Shown here: piece by piece, positions 1 to 13,932 of the stretch
Layout: each line of letters begins with the position of its first letter
How positions within the stretch are numbered: the stretch's first letter is position 1
NCBI GenBank assembly: GCA_002269645.1
Contig: NIVC01000914.1
Location: forward strand, 9,981 to 73,980
Length of the DNA stretch: 64,000 nucleotides
Origin: Macrostomum lignano
Taxonomy: Eukaryota
Direction: 5' to 3'
The notes under the pieces: model-generated
Databases searched by the model: none
What the model saw: only the letters and a program-made list of their open reading frames with translations
What the model was told of the DNA's origin: nothing
Translations under genes and position numbers: made by a program

Positions 1-428
1 ACATTGAAGAACGGAATGCAGCCCTGCTATCAAAATTTGCTGTGGCTGCTAAATTTCTAAGTTAGAAACAGTTGCCTGTTTGGATCGATTGCTGCAATAT
101 ACACCCAGTAGTGTACAATGGAGGCACTTCAGCTTCTACTCGAAAGAAATCGAACTTGTTGACATTCCACACTTGACTGGTTTGGTTTCACCTCTTCTTT
201 TTCAATTTTTCCCTGCGACTACTCGAAACATCCGTCTATATCGTCGGGAAGTGCAACCGCCAACAAACGGAAATGAGACCGCCAAAACGATTGGCACTTG
301 CGACTTGTTTTTGTTTTAGACTCGTTAGCAGTGTTGGACAGCGTTATTAAAAAAGTCTAATTCCGTTAGTGGGAAAAACGCGTTAGCGTTGAAATGAATA
401 ATAAGTAACTTCGTAACGGCATTAAGAC

Positions 429-1250
<822 letters not shown>

Positions 1251-1254
1251 ACAC

Positions 1255-1560
1255 CGACAGTACGACTCGCCGCTGCTGATGTGGCCTGCAAGCTGGATTC
1301 GCCCACGGCGCAACAGATCGATTGGACGGACCGGGCTGGCGCGGCGATACAGTGCCTCGTTGGAAATTCGTCGCTTGTCGCAGATCTTGAAGGCGGTGCG
1401 CAGCATCCACTTGTTGCTTCAGCGAGTCCGTCAGCGTCCAGGTCTCAGCGTTGTACAGCAGGACGGTCTCGACCACCGCCTGGAACAGCGCTGCCCTCTG
1501 GCGGTCAGACAGGGCCTCGGACTGCAGGACTGCCCTCACGGAACGGAAGGCAGCCCAGGC
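1255..1560 (-). mobile_element. Decayed non-LTR retrotransposon fragment (RTE-like RT C-terminal/thumb region), frameshifted
   Basis: Minus strand reads [23 protein letters not shown], then in a shifted frame LRTAFKICDKRRISNEALYRR...LLRRGRIQLAGHI. These match the LLYxxETW and NEEL...RRLRWxGHV motifs of non-LTR RTs. Confidence 0.8.
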
Positions 1561-3714
1561 AATGAATTTTAACCTCAATAATAATAATGGCTTCTTTAAT
1601 CAGGGGTTGTTACCTAAATGATGAGATTTCTTCTTAGTGATAATAACTGGCAGACGGTACTTACTACTAGTCTACTTGTGAAGAAACAGTAGACTAATGT
1701 GAACACGATCGGTTGCATGAAAATTTCTAAATGCATGATGACAGGAAGCAGAGCAGTTCAGCGGTAAACGCCTCTGCGTCCGACTCTCCACACGACCCGG
1801 ACACACATAAAGATTCGAGTATTCTGTTTGCTACATTTGATACCCAACGAAATCTTACTTCTGCTTTGATCAATTTGCTTATATTTGTTTCAGATCTGGT
1901 ACGTAAATGTAGAGTTGATGAATTCCGAGCAAATGGACTTGTATCCTGAAGAAACAGCTCAGGATTAAATATGATAATAGCCGCGGGAATAGATTTCTAC
2001 CCCCCTACTTAGGTGAGCATTTGTCTAAGTCGATGCAAAGCTATTCGCCTTGAAGCATCTATAATTCCTGCTTCATATGCAGTCTGTTAGCACTTTCTTA
2101 AACTTTTGCTGAGCTTCAAGTGAACTGAAACCCCCGCTTAGCTCCAACAGTTCTTTCTCTTGCTTTCAGCCTAGCTGAGCGCCAGCTTCCACTTTGCCTC
2201 CGACTCCCCAGCGCAGTGTCCAGCGTGTGCTTGAGTCGATTGCTCTCTGGCTATTTGAGCAAGCGGAACTCTCATGAATTGCCGATGAAACCTGTGCCAC
2301 AATTTGCGGCTGAAGTGACGAGCCTGCAGAGCAAATATGCTGGCCGCAGAGACCAATAGTGCTGGAACAGGCATCCCCAGAAAGGTCTCATTGAATTCAG
2401 CCTCTCCTATTCTTCCTTCGTTCTATGCAATTTTTAATTAACCAAAAAACCAACCACTGCCACCTGTTGTTGTTGGGATCAAAATTAGAAAGGCGACGAG
2501 AGAGAGAGAGGGAGAGAGAGTTGAGAGATCTCAGGCGGTTGCGTGCCCGGCAGACTGGCTGACCGGGCACAGGAAGAGCCGAGAGCGAGGCCGGGCAGAC
2601 GTCAGGAGACAGCCGCCCCCCCCCCTCAGGACGAAAAATGGGAATATTGGGAACTCTGAGTCTCTAAAATGCGAGTCTGAACTCCACCACCCCGGTGAAG
2701 TGAGGGGGGGGCAGGCCCGCGTGAGTGAGGCTGGAGCAGATCCAAATACTACCGAGATTGGCAGACAAGCCACCTGGTGATTTTAGCAAGTGCAAGTTGG
2801 GCCACCGAGCCATTGCTCTGGATGATCCAGCCTTTACTCACACATTGGAGAGAGCTGGGAGTCCAGCCGGGGCTTGGAGATGAAAAAAACCGCTCGCGCA
2901 TCGAGATGGAGATTCGATGTCAATTTTTTTTTAAAGCGCAGAGCAAAGTGCAAGCAAACTAGACTCGAACTCAAAACTAAATAGAGCTGCTTCCGACATA
3001 CAAGTACAGCGAAACATGAGCTCTGAGTGTCTTCTGCAGCTTAAAAAGGCACTGCGGAGAAATCCTCCGAGCTGTCACTCGCAACTGCAGGTGGGCCCGA
3101 TACTTACGAGGTAGTTTTCCCATTTCTCCAGTTGTCCCATGGGGTTCGTCCACTCTCTGGCTGACAGCCCCCCCTGGCCGTGGGTTTTTTGGAGGATTTC
3201 TCCTCTGAAATTTACTCCCGCATTGCAACCTCGGCCTGAAACCTGATCTCTTATCGCCTGCTATTAATGTCCGCATCGGGCCCTACAGATCCATGCATAA
3301 ATGGGCGCTAATTAGCATAAATTATCCGCCCTATCGTCGCCATCGAGGCGGAAATGAACGGCCGCAGGAAAGTCGCACACGAGGGCGAGAACGAACTGAG
3401 ATTTGCTTGGCCAGCCGCTGAGAGATTCCATTGATGTTCAGCTTGTATTTTTACTGTGCGTCGGACAGCGGCGCACCTGCTTGGGTCTGTCAATTACGCA
3501 AAGAGATGAACGCGGGAGGGTTACATTTTGTGGCGTGTGGAGGGAGGCGGTGTTTTGAAGGGCTCGCAAGAGCGCTAAAAGACAGCAATTGCTTCTTTCT
3601 GTTTCTAAATCCTTAGTCAGGGAGAGAAAGAGAGTCGCTAGATGGAATCCCGGGTCACTGGGTGCGCTCTCCTGGTTGTTCCGCTAAGTTTGTCGCCGTT
3701 TGATCATCTGCTCT

Positions 3715-6700
3715 TTAGATGCCCTCGGAGCCGAGGAAGCCGCTATCCACGATGCGACCGAATAGGGCGTAGGCCTCGCGGTAGGCGTCCTCGGGCATGC
3801 CGTCCAGGATCAGGTCGAGAACGCGGCCGTCGCGGGCGAATTCCATGGTGCGGACGAGTTTGTTGCGCTGCTCGGCGGTCAGGTTGACCTTCTTGGCGTA
3901 GTCATCCACGCTGCGCTCCTCTGTGGGGAGGGTTCAGGATGGGCAGGATGGGTCAGGATGGGTCAGGATGGGTCAGGATGGGTTAGGATGGGTCAGGATG
4001 GGCAGGATGGGTCAGGATGGGTCAGGATAGGTTAGAATAGGTCGAGATGGGTCAGAATAGGTCAGGCCGGGTCAGGGCAGGTCAGAATGCGTCAGGATTG
4101 GTCAGGATTGGTCAGGGTGGGTAAGAGTGGATCAGATGGATCAGGATGGGTCAGGATGGAGGATGGGTCAGAATAGGTCAGGCTGGGTCAGGGTAGGTCA
4201 GGATGGGTCAGGATGGGCAGGATTTGTCAAAGTAGGTCAGGCCGAGTCAGGGTAGGTCAGGGTGGGTCAGGATGGGTCAGGGTGGGTCAGGGTGGGTCAG
4301 GGTGGGTCAGAATGGGTCAGTTGGACTCAAAATAGCTTAGGCGAAGTCATATTAGATCAGAACGGACTAGATCAAGTCAGCTGTGAGATGAGTAGAGTCA
4401 GTTAAGTCCCTTATAGCCGTGAGAATAGTAGCTGAGCAACTTTGATCAATTTCTTCAGCACATGCGGCAGTCTGGTGGATTGCCTGACATATTATTTTTT
4501 TGAGTCATGCTATGAATTTCTGGATGGCAACTGAAAGAACCTGAAAGATCTTTTCTATTTCTTATTCTCTGCGTTGTGGGGGGGGGGGAACATCCAGTTC
4601 TGCTGCTGTCTGCAAAGGTTCTGCGACAGGCTTTGACATTCAATAATAGTTGAAGCAATTCGATTCAAGATGGAACAAAGATTTAGCCAATTTATTGTGT
4701 TTTTACTGTTCAAATGTTTGAGAAGACATAAAAAATGTTCTGGTCAATGTTTCCTGCTTTTGCATTTGCATTGACTTTTCTAATATCTCCTTTTTCGTGT
4801 CATTGTTCGTGGTTGACTTTCTGTGTCTGAGTTCAGGTCTTCTGTGCATTCGTAAGTCGGCTGTTCTCACCCTATCTCACCCTATCTTACTCCATCTACC
4901 TCCATCTAACTCTATCTCATCCTATCGCATCCCTTCTCACAATGTCTCATCCTATCTCATTATATCTCATTTCATCTCATCCAATCTCACTCTACCTCAT
5001 CCTTTTTCACCCTATTTCACTCCATCTATCCTTATCTAACTCCATCTCATCCCATCTCATCATGTCTCATCCCATCTCATCCCATCTCATCCCATCTCAT
5101 CCCATCTGACTTTATCTTATCCTATCTCATCCTATGTCATCCCATCTCACTCCATCTCATTCCATCTCACTCCATCTCATCCCATCTCATCCCATCTCAT
5201 CCCATCTCATCCCATCTCATCCCATCTCATCCCATCTCATCCCATCTGAATTCATCTTATCCCATCTCATCCTATGTCATCCCATCTCACTCCATCTCAT
5301 CCCATCTCACTCCATCTCATCCCATCTCATCCCATCTCATCCCATCTCATCCCATCTCATCCCATTTCATCCCATCTCATTTCATTTTATCCCATCTCAT
5401 CCTATGTCATCCCATCTCACTCCATCTCATCCCATCTCACTCAATCTCATCCCATCTCATCCTGTCTCATCCCATCTCACTCCATCTCATCCCATCTCAT
5501 CATGTCTCATCCCATCTCATCCCATCTCATCCCATCTCACCACATCTTATCCCATTCAATTCCATCTCACTCCATTTCAATGTCAGCCAAAAGTTCTTCA
5601 TATTCTGAATTCCTTCATCTCAATGAATATTTTCCTATTAAATTCTGCCAGTCACGATCGCGAACAGCAATATCTGTTTAACTAAAACAGAAAAAAATTC
5701 TGCATTTCTCAGACTCCCATTTCGTTCCCTTCAGTGCCGGATTCCCTGCCCGAGTTGCAGCTCTAAAAATGGACTTTAGAGTGTAGAAGCAGGATTGTTA
5801 ATAATCTCACTCTGTATTTCCGGGCTCCTCTTGCAGTATTTGAAGAACTTGAAAGCATCTCAGACAGACAGAAAGTGAAATGAGAATTAACGCTAATATA
5901 TTGTTTGAGAACTTTCGAACAGTGACTACTCGATGAGATTGGCTCACCGGTCAGCAGCTTGGACAGGGTGTCCGGGCTGCCCTCGCCCAGGACACCGGGG
6001 ATGAGCCAGTAGTGGAATCGTTGGATGAACATCTTCAGGATGATGCTGGCTGGCCGGTCCTCTGAAAGCATAGGAAAGTGCGCGATGTACTTTTGAGAGT
6101 GGACTAAACTCATTTAGGGTTTAGTACTGTAATAGTGCTGGGGTGAACTAGTGTCTGATAGAGGGAGTGAACTAGTGTCTGATAGAGGGAGTGAACTAGT
6201 GTCTGATAGAGGGAGTGAACTAGTGTCTGATAGAGGGAGTGAACTAGTGTCTGATAGAGGGAGTGAACTAGTGTCTGATAGAGGGAGTGAACTAGTGTCT
6301 GATAGAGGGAGTGAACTAGTGGGAGTATGTTTGATTTTAATATTTGATCAGATATGTTATTATAGTAAATTTTGTCCGAACAGCTCTGATAAGAATTCAT
6401 CTTACAAAGACAAATTTCACCCCCCACAGCGCAGGCCGAGCAGCCCGATGAACTTTTCCCACGCTACCGAAAAATAGGTTTATGCTCTCACAGCACTGCT
6501 CAGGGGGCTGCTGCTGGCTTCCGCCTTCTCCCTTTTTAGATGGGGCATTTTTTTCTGTCCCAAAAGTTTGGCTTCGGCCGCGCGCCCACCACAATGGAGT
6601 CCATATTGTGTCCCGCGTGCATTTTTACCTTTCATTTGCCCAATGAATTGCTTGCCCGACCGGGCTGTGATTAATGCTTTCGGGTGTTCGTATATGGTGG

Positions 6701-9700
6701 CTTCGGTAGTGCTTTCTACGGTTGTGCCGGGTGTTTTTTTCTGGGCTTTTTTGGGCTGCTAGCGATGTGTTTGACTGCGAGTTCATGTGTGTGCGTGTGT
6801 GTGTATGTGTGTGTGCGTGTGTGTGTGCGTGTGTGTGAAGAATGAAGAAACGTGAACATGAAGAATGAAGCAGCGTGAACATGGAGAATAAAGGAGAATG
6901 AACATGGAGAATAAAGGAGCGTGAACATGAAGAATGAAGGAGCGTGAACATGGAGAATGAAGGAGCGTGAACATGGAGAATAAAGGAGCGTGAACATGGA
7001 GAATGAAGGAGTGTGAACATGAAGAATGAAGGAGCGTGAACATGGAGAATGAAGGAGCGTGAACATGGAGAATAAAGGAGCGTGAACATGAAGAATGAAG
7101 GAGTGTGAACATGAAGAATGAAGGAGTGTGAACATGAAGAATGAAGGAGTGTGAACATGGAGAATGAAGGAGCGTGAACATGGAGAATGAAGGAGCGTGA
7201 ACATGAAGAATGAAGGAGTGTGAACATGAAGAATGAAGGAGTGTGAACATGAAGAATGAAGGAGTGTGAACATGGAGAATGAAGAAACGTGAACATAAAG
7301 AATGAAGGAGTGTGAACATGAAGAATGAAGGAGTGTGAACATAAAGAATGAAGGAGTGTGAACATGAAGAATGAAGAAACGTGAACATGGAGAATGAAGC
7401 AGCGTGAACATGGAGAATGAAGCAGCGTGAGAGAGTTTCTGCTTGCTTGGAGACAGGCGCATGGGAAATCCACTGATTTTGAAAGAAAAAATCAAATCCC
7501 AAAAGACATTCATACACAGTGAGCAAACGGACAATTTTATTTCAAAATGAAATTAGTAAATTCAGAAAATTCTGAAAATTCAGAAAAATCTCGCGCAGTT
7601 CCGCTTCGCTCTTGAATCCTTCAACCCTTGACGGAGTTGAAGAGGCTCAGAATCCATCCGAGTGCCTGCGACACTAAGGTGGGCTGCTGTCAGCTTCAAT
7701 ATATTGACATTTTTGCAGAGGACCTCACAGTGCGTCACTTATTCCCAGTGTGATTAATTCCTGATGCAGAATATTAGACTGACTTGATGACAAAAAAAAA
7801 CTTGATAAATACAAATCTCCAGTTGACAGGTGAATTTACAGAGGCTGTCACCCGGTCGCCTCCAGGTGACGGGAGCTGTGACAGGTTTTTGACACCCCGA
7901 AATTTTTAGCTGTCACAGCTCCTCAAACTGATAATTAAAATCGGTGACCGCTTAGACTGAGAATGAAGGAAATGTCAATCTATGTGAATGTGCATGTGAA
8001 TCGCTATTTAAATCTCTATGTCAATCTCTATGTCAATCTCTATGCAAATCTCTATGTCAATCTCTATGCAAATCTCTATGTCAATCTCTATACAAATCTC
8101 TATGTAAATCTCTATGTCAATCTCTATGCAAATCTCTATGTCAATCTCTATGCAAATCTCTATGTCAATCTCTATGCAAATCTCTATGTCAATCTCTATG
8201 CAAATCTCTATGTCAATCTCTATGCAAATCTCTATGTCAATCTCTATGCAAATCTCTATGTCAATCTCTATGCAAATCTCTATGTCAATCTCTATGCAAA
8301 TCTCTATGTCAATCTCTATGCAAATCTCTATGTCAATCTCTATGCAAATCTCTATGTCAATCTCTATGCAAATCTCTATGTCAATCTCTATGTCAATCTC
8401 TATGCAAATCTCTATGTCAATCTCTATGCAAATCTCTATGTCAATCTCTATGTCAATCTCTATGCAAATCTCTATGTCAATCTCTATGTCAGTCTCTATG
8501 TCAGTCTATTCAAATCTCTATGCAAATCTCTATGCAAATCTCTATGCAAATCTCTATGCAAATCTCTATGCAAATCTCTATGCAAATCTCTATGTCAGTC
8601 TATTCAAATCTCTATGTCAGTCTCTATGCAAATCTCTATTCAAATCTCTATGTCAATCTCTATGTCAATCTCTATGCAAATCTCTATGTCAATCTCTATG
8701 TCAATCTCTATGCAAATCTCTACGTCAATCTTTATTTAAATATATATATAAATCTCTATGCAAATCTCTATGTGAATCTCTACTCTCACCATGAGATTAA
8801 ATATAATTGTAGAAGATTCTGAATCTTAAGATTCTGAAAATTGAGAAGTTAGAAGTCTCACAATCTCACCCTGAGAGATTGAAAAGTGGAAGAACAAGCC
8901 CCTTTATCTCACCCTGAGACAAAGTAAGCAGAGAGGGCCGGGGCGGTTCCGCCCCCAATAAAACAGATAAATTTGCAGCGCACTGACCTGCAGGACTCAA
9001 TCAGGCTAATGGAGTCGAGTTAGTTGTTTGACTGACTATAAACTGAGCGGGAGAATTCCCACCTACTCCAGCAAACAAATGGGCCCTACCCAAGCCCGAC
9101 CACCTCTGGGTTCACCAGTCCAGCTAATGGCTAGTATCCAGCTGTAAATTAACATTCCTGCAAAGACTTTTAAAATAGCATCTGGACTGGAAAGTCTGAT
9201 GCCCGATTTCCATTCCTTTCGATTAGTTTGTCTCCCGAATCCAGATTCTTCCCGAATCCCAATTCTTTCCGAATCCCAGTTCTTCTCGAATCAGGATTCT
9301 TCCCGAATCCCAATTCTTCCCGAATCCCGATTCTTCCCGAATCCCGATTCTTCCTGAATCCCAATTCTTCCTGAATCCCAATTCTTCCCGAATCCCGATT
9401 CTTCCCGAATTCCAATTCTTCCCGAATTCCAATTCTTCCCGAATCCCAATTCTTCCCGAATCCCGATTCTTCCCGAATCCCGATTCTTCCCGAATCCTGA
9501 TTCTTCCCGAATCCCGATTCTTCCTGAATCCCAATTCTTCCTGAATCCCAATTCTTCCCGAATCCCAATTCTTCCCGAATCCCGATTCTTCCCGAATCCC
9601 GATTCTTCCCGAATCCCGATTCTTCCTGAATCCCGATTCTTCCCGAATCCCAATTCTTCCCGAATTTCGATTTTTCCCGAATCCCGATTCTTCCCAAATT

Positions 9701-12700
9701 TCCATTCTTCCCGAATCCCAATTCTTCCCGAATCCCAATTCTTCCCGAATCCCAATTCTTCCCGAATCCCAATTCTTCCCGAATCCCAATTCTTCCCGAA
9801 TTTCGATTTTTCCCGAATCCCGATTCTTCCCAAATTTCCATTCTTCCCGAATCCCAATTCTTCCCGAATCCCAATTCTTCCCGAATCCCAGTTCTTCCCG
9901 AATCCCGATTCTTCCCGAATCCCGATTCTTCCCGAATCCCAATTCTTCCCGAATCCCAATTCTTGCCGAATCCCAGTTCTTCCAGAATCCTTCCTAAGTC
10001 TTCTGAAATCCCCAAAACTGTCATTACGATTGTTTTCAAGTCTGAGTTCACAGGACTTCTAAAAAGAGCTCCTGGATAGGTGGCGTCCCTTATCCAACCA
10101 GCATATCGGAACTCAACCCCATCCAATAAGTCGCAGTTGCAGATGCTGTTGTTGGCAACAAGCCAATGCTTTAATACAAGGCCGCTTCCAGTCCAGATGC
10201 TATTTTTAGAAGTCCACAATTGGAACAGATCCTTCGCCATTTTTCTATACTCGGAAGGCTACGCATTCCAATAAGGATTTATCAGCTTCTCAGATGGGCT
10301 TTTGGCCATAGACAAATGCTGAGTAATCAACAACGCCGAAGGCTGCTCACTGGCGGTGCACAGCGCCTTGTCCTCGTCGTAGCCGTCGATGCAGTCGGCC
10401 CGGCCGTCGCAGATGAAAGCGAACGAGAGGCACTGGCCGCTCTTGCAGGGCCACGGAGTCGAACGGGGACAGTCGTTGCCAACAACTCCGGGGCCGGCTG
10501 CGGGATCCGGTTGGGAGATTTATGGGAAAACTGGGATTTTTGAAGAACTGGGTTTTGGGAAGAATTCGGACTCGGGAAGGATTGGGATTTGGGAAGAATT
10601 GGGATTTAGAAAAAAGGGAATTAGAAATTGGGATTTAGGGAAAATCAGGACTTAGGGATAATCAAGATTTAGGGAGAATTGGGATTTAGGGAGAATCGGG
10701 ATTTAGGGAGAATCGGGATTTAGGGAGAATCGGGATTTAGGGAGAATCGGGATTTAGGGAGAATCGGGATTTAGGGAGAATCGGGATTTAGGGAGAATCG
10801 GGATTTAGGGAGAATCGGGATTTAACGAGAATCGGGATTTAGGGACATTCGGGATTTAGGGACAATTGGGATTTAGGGAGGGATTAGGATTTAGAGAGAA
10901 TCGGGATTTAGGGAGAATCGGGATTTAGGGAGAATCGGGATTTAGGGAGAATCGGGATATAGGGAGAATCGGGATTTAGGGAGGGATTAGGATTTAGAGA
11001 GAATCGGGATTTAGGGAGAATCGGGATGTAGGGAGAATCGGGATTTAGGGAGGGATTAGGATTTAGAGAGAATCGGGATTTAGGGAGAATCGGGATTTAG
11101 GGAGAATCGGGATTTAGGGAGAATCGGGATATAGGGAGAATCGGGATTTAGGGACATTCGGGATTTAGGGAAAATCGGGATTTAGGGAGGGATTAGGATT
11201 TAGAGAGAATCGAGATTTAGGGAGAATCGGGATTTAGGGAGGGATTAGGATTTAGAGAGAATCGGGATTTAGGGAGGGATTAGGATTTAGGGAGAATCGG
11301 GATTTAGGGAGAATCGGGATTTAGGGAGAATCGGGATTTAGGGAGAATCGGGATTTAGGGAGAATCGGGATTTAACGAGAATCGGGATTTAGGGACATTC
11401 GGGATTTAGGGACAATTGGGATTTAGGGAGAATCGGGATTTAGGGAGAATCGGGATTTAGGGAGAATCGGGATTTAGGGAGAATCGGGATTTAGGGAGAA
11501 TCGGGATTTAGGGAGAATCGGGATTTAGGGAGAATCGGGATTTAGGGAGAATCGGGATTTAACGAGAATCGGGATTTAGGGACATTCGGGATTTAGGGAC
11601 AATTGGGATTTAGGGAGGGATTAGGATTTAGAGAGAATCGGGATTTAGGGAGAATCGGGATTTAGGGAGAATCGGGATTTAGGGAGAATCGGGATATAGG
11701 GAGAATCGGGATTTAGGGAGGGATTAGGATTTAGAGAGAATCGGGATTTAGGGAGAATCGGGATGTAGGGAGAATCGGGATTTAGGGAGGGATTAGGATT
11801 TAGAGAGAATCGGGATTTAGGGAGAATCGGGATTTAGGGAGAATCGGGATTTAGGGAGAATCGGGATATAGGGAGAATCGGGATTTAGGGACATTCGGGA
11901 TTTAGGGAAAATCGGGATTTAGGGAGGGATTAGGATTTAGAGAGAATCGAGATTTAGGGAGAATCGGGATTTAGGGAGGGATTAGGATTTAGAGAGAATC
12001 GGGATTTAGGGAGGGATTAGGATTTAGGGAGAATCGGGATTTAGGGAGAATCGGGATTTAGGGAGAATCGGGATTTAGGGAGAATCGGGATTTAGGGAGA
12101 ATCGGGATTTAACGAGAATCGGGATTTAGGGACATTCGGGATTTAGGGACAATTGGGATTTAGGGAGGGATTAGGATTTAGAGAGAATCGGGATTTAGGG
12201 AGAATTGGGATGTAGGGAGAATCGGGATGTAGGGAGAATCGGGATTTAGGAAGAATTGGGATTTAGGGAGAATCGGGATTTTGGGACATACGGGATTTAG
12301 GGAGAATCTGGATTTAGGGAGAATCGGGATTTAGGAACAATCGGGATTTAGGGAGGGATCAGGGTTTTGGGAGAATCTGGATTTAGGGAGAATCTGGATT
12401 TAGGGAGAATCGGGATTTAGGAACAATCGGGATTTAGGGAGGGATCAGGATTTTGGGAGAATCGGGATTTAGGGAGAATCCGGGATGTAGGGAGAATCGG
12501 GATTTAGGGAGAATCGGGATTTAGGGAGGGATCAGGATTTAGGGAGGGATCAGGATTTTGGGAGAATCGGGATTTAGGGAGGGATCAGGATTTTGGGAGA
12601 ATCGGGATTTAGGGAGAATCGGGATTTAGGGAGAATCGGGATTTAGGGAGAATCGGGATGTAGGGAGAATCGGGATTTAGGGAGAATCGGGATGTAGGGA

Positions 12701-13932
12701 GAATCGGGATTTAGGGAGAATCGGGATGTAGGGAGAATCGGGATTTAGGGAGAATCGGGATGTAGGGAGAATCGGGATTTAGGGAGAATCGGGATGTAGG
12801 GAGAATCGGGATTTAGGGAGGGATTAGGATTTAGAGAGAATCGGGATTTAGGGAGAATCGGGATTTAGGGAGAATCGGGATTTAGGGAGAATCGGGATTT
12901 AGGGACATTCGGGATTTAGGGAAAATCGGGATTTAGGGAGGGATTAGGATTTAGAGAGAATCGGGATTTAGGGAGAATCGGGATTTAGGGAGAATCGGGA
13001 TTTAGGGAGAATCGGGATTTAGGGAGAATCGGGATTTAGGGAGAATCGGGATTTAGGGAGAATCGGGATTTAGGGAGAATCGGGATTTAGGGAGAATCGG
13101 GATTTAGGGAGAATCGGGATTTAACGAGAATCGGGATTTAGGGACATTCGGGATTTAGGGACATTCGGGATTTAGGGACAATTGGGATTTAGGGAGGGAT
13201 TAGGATTTAGAGAGAATCGGGATTTAGGGAGAATTGGGATGTAGGGAGAATCGGGATGTAGGGAGAATCGGGATTTAGGAAGAATTGGGATTTAGGGAGA
13301 ATCGGGATTTTGGGACATACGGGATTTAGGGAGAATCTGGATTTAGGGAGAATCGGGATTTAGGAACAATCGGGATTTAGGGAGGGATCAGGGTTTTGGG
13401 AGAATCGGGATTTAGGGAGAATCCGGGATGTAGGGAGAATCGGGATTTAGGGAGAATCGGGATTTAGGGAGGGATCAGGATTTAGGGAGGGATCAGGATT
13501 TTGGGAGAATCGGGATTTAGGGAGAATCGGGATTTAGGGAGAATCGGGATTTAGGGAGAATCGGGATGTAGGGAGAATCGGGATTTAGGGAGAATCGGGA
13601 TTTAGGGAGAATCGGGATGTAGGGAGAATCGGGATTTAGGGAGAATCGGGATGTACGGAGAATCGGGATTTAGGGAGAATCGGGATGTAGGGAGAATCGG
13701 GATTTAGGGAGAATCGGGATGTAGGGAGAATCGGGATTTAGGGAGAATCGGGATGTAGGGAGAATCGGGATTTAGGGAGAATCGGGATTTAGGGAGAATC
13801 GGGATTTAGGGAGAATCGGGATACTCACACTTGCCAGTCCGCATGAGCTGCCTGTAGGCGGTCGCCGAACCCAGAAGGCACAGAACGACGGCAACGGCAG
13901 TTACAAAATTGGCTGCGGGGGGTGGTTAACAT
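3715..13932 (-). CDS. Prohormone-4 / IDLSRF-like secreted precursor (signal peptide + LDLa domain + helical C-terminal domain), 4 coding exons
   Basis: Exons 13829-13912 (may extend to the ATG at 13932), 10351-10497, 5948-6061 and 3715-3920; all junctions GT-AG and phase 1. Product: NFVTAVAVVLCLLGSATAYRQLMRTGKSGPGVVGNDCPRSTPWPCKSGQCLSFAFICDGRADCIDGYDEDKALCTAKDRPASIILKMFIQRFHYWLIPGVLGEGSPDTLSKLLTEERSVDDYAKK...FGRIVDSGFLGSEGI*. The LDLa-CTA-xxP...GFL layout matches prohormone-4 as I recall it. The start codon is uncertain. Confidence 0.8.
3935..4330. repeat. Degenerate 10-bp repeat (GGGTCAGGAT)n next to the last-exon acceptor
   Basis: Direct reading. Confidence 0.9.
4870..5580. repeat. Degenerate (CCCATCTCAT)n satellite, intronic
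   Basis: Direct reading; explains the SHPI-type ORFs. Confidence 0.92.
6143..6320. repeat. 24-bp minisatellite GAACTAGTGTCTGATAGAGGGAGT, about 7 copies
   Basis: Direct reading. Confidence 0.93.
6785..7430. repeat. (TG)n tract followed by 23-bp minisatellite GTGAACATG(G/A)AGAATGAAGGAG(C/T)
   Basis: Direct reading. Confidence 0.93.
7975..8780. repeat. 12-bp minisatellite AATCTCTATG(TC/CA)
   Basis: Direct reading. Confidence 0.95.
9225..9990. repeat. 17-bp minisatellite TTCTTCCCGAATCCC(G/A)A
   Basis: Direct reading; its reverse complement is related to the array at 10510-13821. Confidence 0.95.
10510..13821. repeat. 17-bp G-rich satellite (TCGGGATTTAGGGAGAA)n filling almost all of prohormone intron 1
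   Basis: Direct reading; about 3.3 kb, running to within about 10 bp of both splice sites. Confidence 0.97.

Noticed and set aside
1760-2380. Open stretches on the minus strand (about 80 codons; ORF 2171-2374)
   Set aside because: No recognisable motif or consistent splice sites; cannot be supported without a database search.
6421-6470. Possible extra minus-strand exon WEKFIGLLGLRCG within the prohormone gene
   Set aside because: Its donor phase is incompatible with the next exon, and the LDLa exon already joins 6061 in the correct phase.
9170-10240. 356-aa minus-strand ORF with a unique N-terminus
   Set aside because: It is mostly 17-mer repeat, and the unique 80 aa match nothing I recognise.
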